From contig CM035355.1 in the NCBI GenBank assembly GCA_020137815.1, positions 1,736,001 to 1,800,000 of the forward strand: a stretch of DNA of 64,000 bases. Reading direction: 5' to 3'. A model generated the notes under the pieces. It saw only the letters and a program-made list of their open reading frames with translations. It did no database searches and was not told the origin of the DNA. Source of the stretch: Hormiphora californensis (lineage: Eukaryota; Animalia; Ctenophora). The translations under genes and the position numbers were made by a program. Positions within the stretch are counted from its first letter, which is position 1; each line of letters opens with the position of its first letter. Of this stretch, positions 37,596 to 62,600 are shown piece by piece.

Positions 37596-40567
37596 TCAAG
37601 CTTTAGATTTCTTTAATCCTTCCAGGACCTCTATACCTCTTCTGGCCATTGCTTGTCGAACATCATTATATTCCCTTGATTTACCCAGATCATTTCTGAC
37701 CCAATATACCCACTCTGGGTCCTCATCCTTCTTAATTGTCTCATTATACTTGAACAAGTCGCCACTCCATCCCTCCACATTGACAGTAATAACCGCCACA
37801 ACCAAAACCTTATCAGGGGCTATCCTTTTGTCGTAGATGTTGTTAATTTGTTCAAACTTCAGATCTACAAGTCCAGATGATATCTTATCGTTCGATTTAC
37901 TTGATATGAACTGGTTGTCAGTACAAAGATCATCAACCAGTAGCCTCAGTTGATCTCGCTGTTTCCTATCCAACACTAGACCAGAAACCATGAGACATCC
38001 CGGCATTGGCCCTAAATCCTCAACCACTCCGATATAGATAGTACCTCCAGCTATCATTCACCATGGATACTATCTCTCTAGCAAGATCGTCTCTGTTCTT
38101 ACTGTTGTCCCAGTTTTGAAGGAACGCAACCTTTCCTACCCTCCTTTACCATCGACATAGTCTCATCGAACACATAGTCGTGCATTGTAAACGGATGCTT
38201 CCTCTTCCTCATCTCCAGTGCTAGGTTTCTGAGGTAGCGGTGTGGCAGTATGGACTACTGCAGCAGCAGCGGCCACTGAACTACCACCCTCTTCAGCCAC
38301 TGGTACCTTGATCTCCACTCCCCCGACCACCCTATGTGCAATGACTGTAAAGTGCTCGTCAATAACCTCATCTCCTTGATGCCTCTGGTAGATTGGTAAT
38401 ATCTTCTCCATCATTATTGTAGTGTGACAGGATTGAGGTAGATTGGAGTTAGTGATGGCCATTCTGTATACCAGCAGAGCCGCTCTCATCACATCTACAC
38501 AGTCAATAAACTGGGTAAGAATCCCGGATAGGGGCTCAATGAAATCCCGGACAAATTTCCCCGTTCCCGTTGCAAAGAGATAGACCAGTCCCGCTGTAAC
38601 TTCTTTATCACGGGATTTGGCCAGTGCTCGCAGTAACTGGGTGGTATATTTAGGGAACACGTAGCTAGTCCAGCTAGTACCGTGACACAACAACACCAGA
38701 ATAGTAACAGCGTCAGGTAGGGTGGGATTGGTAGAGGGGTTGACATCGTCTAGTTTACATAGTCTGGATAGGGTTTGATAGTAGTTGATACCCAGGATTT
38801 CTTGTTGGACATAGAGGGTAGATCGGGGTACACGTGTCTGCCAGCCGTAGTCAATGGCAACCACAGAGACAAAGTCGTCACGGGTAGAGGAACCTAAAGT
38901 GGGAAGTAGCTGATTATTATCTTGGCACTAGCATTGCAAATGAAGAAACAAAAAACTAGTAAGTATCAAGTCGAGACATGAACAATGCATACAGTACAGT
39001 TTAGTAGTGTACCTGGTAAAATTGAAGCTCGGAAAGTGAACCCAGAACCAAGTCTGACAATCACATTCTCATCAGTTTCTCTTGTTATTGGTTGCAGTGT
39101 TATCTCCTGCAGCTCTCTCTGCAGTCTGACCAGTCTCTCCCAGTCATCTTGGTATTGTAGCCACAGGAACGATGGTAGGTGGCTGTGACTCACCTGTGGA
39201 GATAACATAGAAGATGATAGAAAAGCGGAATAATACTGATTGTTTGCAGATCTGTATCCCTCTAAATAACAATTAAACGTGGTATGTCTTGATTATTGAT
39301 CTACCGAACCATCACAGAGTGCGCTCGCATCAGCCTCACAAACGTCTTACCCTGCAGTCTACAGAAGATGTTTTGTTGTTGGTTGTTGTGTTAAAATGCT
39401 GGTTATCAGTTAATCCCAGCTCCTCTAATTGCTTGGAAAGTAAACCTGTGTGAAACAATGAAACATGATATTTATTTCCTCGGTTGACCTGCAGCACCAC
39501 AGTTATAGCGAGTCATTTCTGCAGTACTAAATTGGCATATGATTACAGTTTTTACCAATTTTACCTTCATCAGTTCCTAGGACAACACGAAACAAATCTT
39601 CAGCGTACTTAGTAGACTGCGGGGAGGGCTTGTCCCATAGAACCTTAGCAGGGGATAGGAGAGTTAGAAATGTGTTACTGTAATAAACAAACAAAAATAC
39701 TCGCACACACATGACACACACCAGGGCCCCACACGCCCAGGGGTCCCACACAGCAATTGCTGCAGCTAAAGGACCCAAGGAAAGTTAGTAGGTCTACCTT
39801 AACATCCCTATTCTCTAGATGGGTGTTAGCTCTTTTCAGGGCCTCTGCGTGTTCCTCTGTCGTTGCACCCACACAACACTCCCTATGAGTCTCCTCGTAC
39901 TCGACCAACTGCAACAGTGCCTCCATATGATCTACAGAGAAGTGAGAAAGATAGGAGAGAGGAGTAGTTTAGGCTCAAATAGTGTCGCCTGACACTGTGT
40001 TCACGCTATAAATTATGAACAAAGCATTAACTTGGTAGGAACTCACGATCCTTGAAGACCTCCAGAGAGATAAATTTCCCTGTGTCGTAAGTAAGAACTT
40101 TCCGAAGAATACTCAAACAGCAAAGGTGTAACTTTAACTTTAGCTCTAGTGGATCTGAAAGAAAAGCAGGTTTCTGTAACGCGGACAACTGACAATTATT
40201 ACAGAAATAAATCCATATAATTATGAGGTTTACAGCCGGAACCCCGACCATCCAGTTAAATCGGTTATCGGCTATCTTACCAAACGAGCGTAAGAGGGTT
40301 TGTCCACTATTTGGGGTTAATCGATTTAAAACTTCTTTCAATATTTCAGCGTTATTGCATTGGAGAAACTGAAAATGTAAGACTTAGTTATCACATTCTA
40401 TATTTTTACCTTGAATAATATTGCCTTTTGGGCGACCGTTTCGGCTTACTTACCTCGTCTATCACCAGATTAGATTTGAGTGTAGAATCAATCTCTGAAA
40501 GCACTTTCAGTCTCTGCTGTGGGCCTGTAAACCCAGCTTTAATTGTGGCTCTGTGGTTTGCAAACAT
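37596..40567 (-). CDS. Uncharacterised multi-exon alpha-helical protein with C-terminal Schlafen (AlbA_2, SLFNL1-like) domain; three apparent +1 frameshifts at 38050-38190
   Basis: Corrected C-terminus LAREIVSMVN-AGGTIYIGV..D...VSGLVLDRKQRDQLRLLVDDL...VYWVRND matches the Schlafen core pattern (CAFLN.GG.L.VGV.D.G...D..RLLVD...VFLR.DG). ORFs 38163-38864 and 37596-38057 are in the same frame. Confidence 0.7.
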
Positions 40568-41139
40568 CTCACACTAACAAATTGAGAGTTTTAAGTGTTG
40601 GTAACCAGTGGTTACCATGATATATTTTACATGATAGCCAAGCAATCAGCAGAATCATAATCAATACATTTAATATACCGCTTAATAGTGTTAAAAATAA
40701 ATGGTTCACTACGTTATACCATTTACCACTTTCTAAAGCGGAAGACTGACAACACTGGCCAAAAGACAAGATTGAAATTGGGTCCGGGGTCCCTTATAAA
40801 GAACGGGCGGTTAGATCAACTATGGGTATTGTGTAAGAGTCACGAGCCCCAAGGCCCCGCTATGAGGGGTTGCGCCCTCGTGGACCGCCCCTGGCGGCTG
40901 GCCCCTGCTAAAGCCTAAAATGAACTTCACAATTTATATCAAGTCAATATAAGAAAATATATGACTCTCCCGCTCTTACACTATACGTATAAAATATAGT
41001 TAAAAATTAAGTACATTAATATACGCTTCTAGGCCGAGGCTAATAGCACAACAGCAGTTACCTAAAGCGGGCTGACATTCACAAATTCTTTAATAGAATG
41101 AAGGCTTTTTTTAATTTTTTTTAACATTCGTTAACGTTG

Positions 41140-41305
41140 CAGTTTGTAAAGTCCATTTTTATTCAACTGTTCACCCCTCAACTCATGTGCGTGCGATATT
41201 TTAATTTACGCTGCGCGCGCTACACGTTAACATGTGATAAACGCGCAAAACAATTCCGCGCACGACTTTGGGGGGTGAACAGTTGAAAAAAAATGGAGTA
41301 TACAG
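41140..41305. mobile_element. Short palindromic MITE-like element
   Basis: TCCATTTTTATTCAACTGTTCACCCC ... GGGGTGAACAGTTGAAAAAAAATGGA inverted repeat. Confidence 0.6.
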
Positions 41306-41385
41306 AGCGTCCGAATCAGTGCAGGCAACGCCTGACAGGTGTAAAAAATTCGACTTTTAAAATGTCAAAAATGAAAAATTTTCTC

Positions 41386-41529
41386 TAGTGGAAGCTCTTA
41401 CGGTATTCCCACGACCGTGGGAAAAGAGAGATAGATAGAAATACTAAGAGAGAGAAACTTCTCTCTCTTAGTATTTCTATATATCTCTCTTTTCTCACGG
41501 TCGTGGGAAAACCGTAAGAGCTTCCACTA
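41386..41529. mobile_element. 144-bp near-perfect fold-back (hairpin) MITE
   Basis: TAGTGGAAGCTCTTACGG...GAGAGAAACTTCTCTC...CCGTAAGAGCTTCCACTA; arms of about 70 bp. Confidence 0.75.
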
Positions 41530-41614
41530 CTCGTCTCAGATCAAATTTTTGCTTGAAAATTGCTGCGCGCGCAATGCAGCGTTTATATTCGCGCCGCGCG
41601 TTAGCTCGCTCAAT

Positions 41615-41875
41615 TTTAAAGTCCATTTCAAGCGACTTGACCCGTAATTCTTGGAATTTGGCGCATTGCGCGTGTATTTACAAAGGGGAAATCCTGAAAT
41701 TCCAGGAATCTCAGGTCAAGTCGTTTGAAACGCACTTTAAAGTCCGTTTCAAGCGATACGACTTGACCCGTAATTCTTGGAATTCGGCGCATTGCGCGTG
41801 TATTTACAAAGGGGAAATCCTGAATTTCCAGGAATCTCAGGTCAAGTCGTTTGAAACGCACTTTAAAAGTCGTTT
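41615..41875. repeat. Tandem duplication, 126-bp unit x2
   Basis: CTTGACCCGTAATTCTTGGAATT... starts at both 41636 and 41762. Confidence 0.9.
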
Positions 41876-42176
41876 TAAAAACTCAACAGATTTTGCCAGT
41901 TTTTTTACAACACTTCAGAGCTCAGTCTTCGCCCTTCACCCTTGCCTCGCTATCACATATCATCTTTATGTGGGTCTCTTCACTCTTGCTGTGAATGCTG
42001 TAGTCTGTGGTGCTGTAGTGAGTCTCCTGTGTGGATCTCCTGGAGTCATTTGAACTTATTCACGGATCACTTTTAAAACTTTTAATTATTGAAAATCCAC
42101 GTGTAGAAGCCATGACATGACACGTGATAGTACTGCAGCTGAGGTGGGCATGGCTGAAATTAGTCCGGGGTAAGAT

Positions 42177-56084
<13,908 letters not shown>

Positions 56085-56613
56085 ACATATATACACAAGA
56101 GGCGCCAATTCTATTGGTGCAGAGCTGAGATGATGTTGGTCAGATGGGCAGGGTCCTGCTGGAGAGAGACGCTTTGTTTAGACCCGGATATGGACAATTG
56201 TTTAATGATTGTATGACGTGATGTGATTGTAGACCAAGAGTGAATTTTTACCGACCCCTTCAACTAATCGTGTTGTACAAACAGAGAGGGAGAACCACCC
56301 TAATTTGGGTGCCGGTGGTGCTTCCTCTTTTGATTAAAAAAGCAGTATTTTACTGTTTGGTGATTAACAATAAAATTAAATTTGTCAGATTCGGAGACTG
56401 CTCTTTCATTATCACAATCACGGACAAACATATATATGAACCATCTCCCTCTCAACCAATTGTATAATTAGTGACATTAATTATAGGGGGGTTATTATTG
56501 TATAACGGTCTAAAAACTCCTTGATCAATTAATATATAGCGTTTAAAACATTTGCAACAGTCTCTCACTCGTTCAGAGCACTTCAGCCCCACTTCAGCTT
56601 GCTATACCATGTT

Positions 56614-59600
56614 CTAGCTGAGTCCGTGTCGAACTTTGAACTCGTTCAGTTTCGCCACAAAGTACCTACAGAAGAGGGAGAGTTAGAAGATTAATACCCG
56701 TTACGTTGTAGATGGAAGTGGTCAGAAATCCATTAAGTTATTTATTTATTTGTATTTGAGAACATTTTAAAAAAAGGCAGGCATAAGATGTTGCTGGGTT
56801 GTTACACCCCCCCCCCTTTGCCCAGAAACAACTACCAACCCGAGCTAATCCCAAAGTTAATCACCAACCCCAAAGTTACCCACCGTTCTAAGGTATCAGC
56901 ACACCGGCCACGTTGGGAGTCCTCTGAGTAGACCTGTCGAGCATTATAGAACACCCTCAAGACATCCTTCACAAATAGTGTTAACTTGGGGTAGTGCTTC
57001 TTTTGGAACTTCTTGAAAATCGTAGACAGATCTGAGGAGGGAATGGGGAGATTAGGGTAGGTGCTAGATAAAGTGCTCGCTCTGTCTCTCTGTCCCTCTA
57101 TGCCTGCCTATCTCTGTCTCTGTCTTTCTCTCTCCCTATCTCTCAACCTACCCATGGGTTCCTCTATCACGTCGGAGTCAGTATCGGTTTTGCTTGGTTC
57201 CCTGAACGGCCAGGACATCTTGTGCATCTGTAACTCTCTGAGGATCTTTATCAGACCAGCAATTTGAATGTGCGTCAACTTTGGCTCCTCTCGGCCTTGT
57301 TGCTGTTTGCATCTGATAAAGTGGTTTGGTTAGTGGTTTTAGAAATATATTGGTAAGTGGTTTAAAAAGTGGTCACTGCTTGGGAAATTACATAAGGGTC
57401 TACGAGGGGGGAGTAAGAAACAGTAATATTAACCTGTCACAGATGTAAAGTTCAATTTTCTCCGCCTCCATCTCGCTGATCCCCACGCACGTTCCATGGT
57501 ACCATTCCTGACAGTTATCACACCCAATATAGAAACTATATTGATTATACGGGGTCCTGCAGATGCAAAACAGATCGCCCGCAGGTTCTGAAGATGGTCC
57601 AGGGGCAGGGGGTGTTGGTTTGGTTTCCACTGCTGGTGGTGCAGTTGTATCAGAAGTTGTAGCACCACCGGGAGCGGTAGTGGTAGTACCGGCGCCTCCT
57701 CCACTTTTCTTGCATTCCTCACACGTGTATCCGGACATGTTCCGAGCCATTGAGGGCGAGATACTGACACATTTTCCATGGAACCAGTTGTTACACATGT
57801 CGCAACCGATATAGAACCTGGGGAGGGAGGGAGAGATAGAGAGAGATAGAGTTACGAAAATATCGCATGTTACGGTACGGAGAAAATAAAAGAGGTACCA
57901 CTCCTATATTTACCAAACCCTGACAAGTAACCACATATAAAATGAGGCTATACAAGTTGACCCCCCCTCCCACTAACCTAGTGTGATCGTATGGTCGTTT
58001 ACAGATGCAATACAACAGATCCTTCTTCTTAGGTGGTGCACTCTTCCCCGTCTGATCCTTGTGATGTTGTAGTACTCCACTAGCCCTCTGTCCCCCGCCG
58101 TCCTCCTCCCCACCAGCCAACTTCTTCACCAACTCCTGCTTCATCAACAACTTAGCCAGTACCTCGTTACCTCTGTTCTTAGCGTTAGCCAGCTTCTTCA
58201 GCTTCTGCAGTCGCTCTCGAATCGAGGTCTGGTTACTTCTGCTGCTTCCCTTCTTCCCCTCTCCGGAGTCCTCCAAACCGAGTGCCACTCTGTGTTGGTA
58301 GCGAGATAACCTCAACTCTAACAACTCCCTCTTTCGTTTAGATAATCGAACTGGGGTGATCTCCAGGCAGAGCCGCTTAGTAACAGGGATGTCAAGTGGA
58401 GCACCTCCTCGTGCCCTCTTGCCCAATAGGGTGTCTGCAGATTCAGAGGAACTAGAGCGTGCACGTGTAGGGGTACGTGCCGGTGCTCTCCTTTTGTTGG
58501 CTGCTCCCCTCTTTCGAGGGAAGTTAAACTTCGTTTTCCCAGATTTGGTTCCTCTCTTTCCTGCCGAGATTCGGATCCCCTTCTTTGGTTTTGGTGATTT
58601 GAGGCTGGGTCTGGGTGATTTGTGAAGTGATGTCCTCCTCTCCTCGACATCTTTCTGCAACTTCTGAAGTTTCCTTTCGATCCTATCCTGAGCCTTCTTA
58701 ATGCTCCTTTCCTTTTCTTTCTTTTTCCTAGAAGCCTCCAATTCTTTCTTCCTCTTTTCTGCCGCTTCCTCTTCTTCTTCCTTTCTAATCTGTTCAGCAA
58801 TTCTCTTCTTTTCAGTATCTTCTGTTTTTATCTCTTCCCTAATTGTAGCTGCCAGGTACTGTCTTTTCTTGAAGAACGACTTCTTCAGTTGCTCCTGAAA
58901 ATGGGGAGATTGTGTTAATAACACACAAAACATGGCAGTATTTATTGATAAAAGGGATGAATTTCATACCTTACGACGACCAAGTAGAATATCAAGTTTT
59001 CCAAGGTACCGAATCTGTTCCCTCTCATCCTGTGTTCTCCCAGCAGACACCCTGTACGCTTTCTTAACTGTGCTCTTCCGTTTAGTTTTGACCTTCTCTT
59101 TATCTCTCCTGTCCTCCATTTCCACTCTGTCTATGATGTTGGATACTACCCTCTTAACCACACTAGCACTGGGAGAATGTAAGGGTTAGTGATAGAATAG
59201 TTAATGAAGAGAGTGAGATACTGAGGCATTATTATAATAGGGAGTGACCTCGACCAAAACGCGGAGTTTTTACGTCAGCCGACCCGAAACCGGATTAAAT
59301 TTTGCCACCCGCTGGTCTCAGGGCCTCCAAATATGTCAAAATATGTCTGAATTGTCATTTGGGGTCATTTAGACCTTTTAATTACATGTAATTACCCTTT
59401 AATTACATGTAATTACATTTTAATTACATGTAATTACTTCCAATTACATTCCAATTACTTCAGTACCTCGAGAGCTTTCGAACGCACCCTAGAACACCTT
59501 TCTACTCCTTCTAATTGCCGAGTTCTGTATACCCCTTATTTTGACTGTTTTTCGCGTCCTACCCCTTATGGGTTTGGGCACACCCATCGCCACACCCCCT

Positions 59601-62600
59601 ATACGTCGCGGGACCTCGAGACCTTTCCAACGAGCCATAGAACACCTCTCTACTACTTCAGGGGGCTTCAAAACTTTCACTCTAAAAATATCTATGGTTA
59701 TGGTTTATGGTTTACCTCGACCAAAACGCGGAGTTTTTACGTCAGCCGACCCGAAACCGGATTAAATTTGGTCACCCGCTGGTCTCAGGGCCTCCAAATA
59801 AGTCAAAATATGTCTGAATTGTCATTTGGGGTCATTTAGACCTTTTAATTACATGTAATTACCCTTTAATTACATGTAATTACATTTTAATTACATGTAA
59901 TTACTTCCAATTACATTCCAATTACTTCAGCACCTCGAGAGCTTTCGAACGCACCCTAGAACACCTTTCTACTCCTTCTAATTGCCGAGTTCTGTATACC
60001 CTTTATTTTGACTGTTTTTTCGCGTCCTACCCCTTATAGGTTTGGGTATGGCCATCGCCACACCCCCTATACGTCGCGGGACCTCGAGACCTTTCCAACG
60101 AGCCATAAAACACCTCTCTACTACTTCAGGGGGCTTCAAAACTTTCACTCTAAAAATATCTATGGTTTATGGTTATGGTTATGGTTATGGTTATGGTTTT
60201 TTTTTCATCTGGTATTAAGGGCCTGTCGGCTCGGCCCCGTTGTTTTAGTTTTAGGGGGGATGTTTTAGGGGGGATGAGTTGAGTTTGGGTTATATTCGGG
60301 TCGGGGGGCCTTGCCAGGCCCCGAATGGTTATGGTTATGGTTTTTTTTCATCTGGTATTAAGGGCCTGTCGGCTCGGCCCCGTTGTTTTAGTTTTAGGGG
60401 GGATGTTTTAGGGGGGATGGGTTGAGTTTGGGTTATATTCGGGTCGGGGGGCCTTGCCAGGCCCCGAAATAAACAAGATCTTACATCTCAGGATCGATTT
60501 GGGTCTTCTTTTCCTGCTCAAGGAAGGATCCTTTGAAAGCTGGAAGAAGCGGGTGGTCTGCCCTATTATCTTTCTCCTTCTTTTTCTCTTCCTATGAGAG
60601 ATAATTGTGTTAATGGGTTGGTCATATTGGACTTTATCCAAGAGAGAAGTGTCCCACACAACATAACATAAAACAGGTGTTTGTTCCCTCTTGATCACTG
60701 GGCGGGAAACATTTCATTGCGCGGTGTGCGCGCGGAAGACCCCACTGGCTCGCGACGTCTCACACTCTCAACTTGCTCCGCGCCTCACAAACACAGACAC
60801 CAAGAACACACACGCCCAGTTTGTGCACACACATTGGGACTTCCTTCACAGTTCTTCATCAGTCACATTTCCAGCAGCATCAAGCAAACTATATTGACTG
60901 TATCAACTTACAATTATTTTAGCAGATTCCAAAGATTTCAGTTTGTCTTGGTTCAGCTGATAGGTGTAGAGTTCTCGAAGGGAAATCATGTCTTCTTTCA
61001 CCCAAATATCATGAACACCCATCTCTAGATCAACCATGGCCTTTTGGATCTTTTCACAGTGAAGCGTCTGCAGGGTCTCATCCCTGAAATAATTGGATGA
61101 TTGGAATACGTTCAATCCACTAGAGAGGTCAGAAGATATATCTAATTTACAGAATTTGTTAAAAAGAATATTATCATTAGTAATGATAATAGTAATGATT
61201 CATTACCCCTTTAGTTCCTGTTTCATCACGACAATCTTGTATTTCCTACCCTCATCTGCCTCATCTCTGCTATCAACTGAAGGGAACGATCTGTTAATGA
61301 ATGACATTTCAGCTCTCTACTATTAAAACTCCCAAAACTTATCATCTTCCAAAAGTCTAATCCCCATACCAGTCCCCGATTAACATGTCCCAAGGCCATT
61401 ATTAAAATGTACTCCCACTCACCAATAATTCTCTGAACCAGCGTTTTCTCGTCGCACCGGTATTTGTTATCAGTCAGAGTGGCTATGTTGTTGATCTCAG
61501 ACCAGAGAATATGGGAGTGTAGCATCGATAGCTGGGGGATATAAATTAGTTAATTAATTAATAAATGGTTGAAAAATTTCTCCCCTAACAGGTCTGGCCA
61601 AAATGAATCGCGCACTACCAATGATATAATTCAGAATGGCAATGGGGAGAACGAATATTACCAGAGTGGCTATATCAGCGATATCAAGTGATCTTCTTAA
61701 ATGCATTCTCCACTGGTTCTGGCAGGTTGAGACACAAAACTGTGAATCTGTATTGTAGAGGTATCCTTGTTGCTTTACACCCCCTCCTACCCGACCTAAT
61801 TTCCTTTGTTTGGCCTCGGCTAGGTAGTGGGCATCTGAAGAGAGGGGATGATGGTTAATAGGGAACTGAACACAAACTGTGAAAAAGGGCCTAGAGGGCT
61901 GTAACTACGTGTGTCTCCTAGTGTCTAACTAGTGAAACCCGAAAGTGAGGCTTACTAAGTTTTGATGTGTCTTGGTTGGCCCAGCTTGAGAACAGTTTCT
62001 GTAGTAGATCTACCGGATCACTTTCTGAAGTTTTCTCCACCATCCTTCTCTTTAGTGTAACCCGTCCTTTGACAGCTATATCAGGTCGCTTTAGTAACCC
62101 TTGTACTACCTGAGAGAAGTCGTTAGTGACTAAGTGGAATTGCCAAAATCCACCAACAAACAGAAGAAAAAACAGGAAAATAAAAACGCCGGGGAAGGGG
62201 GGGGTACAAAAACAGCTACTATTATAATACTAGTACAAACCTCAGGTGCAAGTGTGATATTCTGACAAGATGCCTGTGAAGGTGGTGTTCTGTTCTCCTT
62301 GTCCTGGTCTGAAGGGATAACTTGTACTGGCATCAACCTTCCTGACTGTAAACTACTGGCGGAGAGAATCACCTGGAGGGAGAGAGATGCTGGTAATGAT
62401 CGACAGAGGCACCTAGCACAGAATCAAGAAGCATTGAGTTTTAATCTAGAACTCTAAGTAACTGAGTCTAGTACTCTAGGTACACCGTACCTGCACTGCT
62501 TAATTTGGTTGGTATTTCTCACCTGTGTGGGTGGTGATCGTTTGATGATTTTGGCCCCCGGAGGTAGAGCGAACATAACCTTCCCGTCAGGTCCCTCCTT

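Noticed and set aside
41553-42053. 166-aa ORF with an internal repeat
   Set aside because: It results from the 126-bp tandem duplication (a multiple of 3), has no ATG at the called start and shows no recognisable domain.
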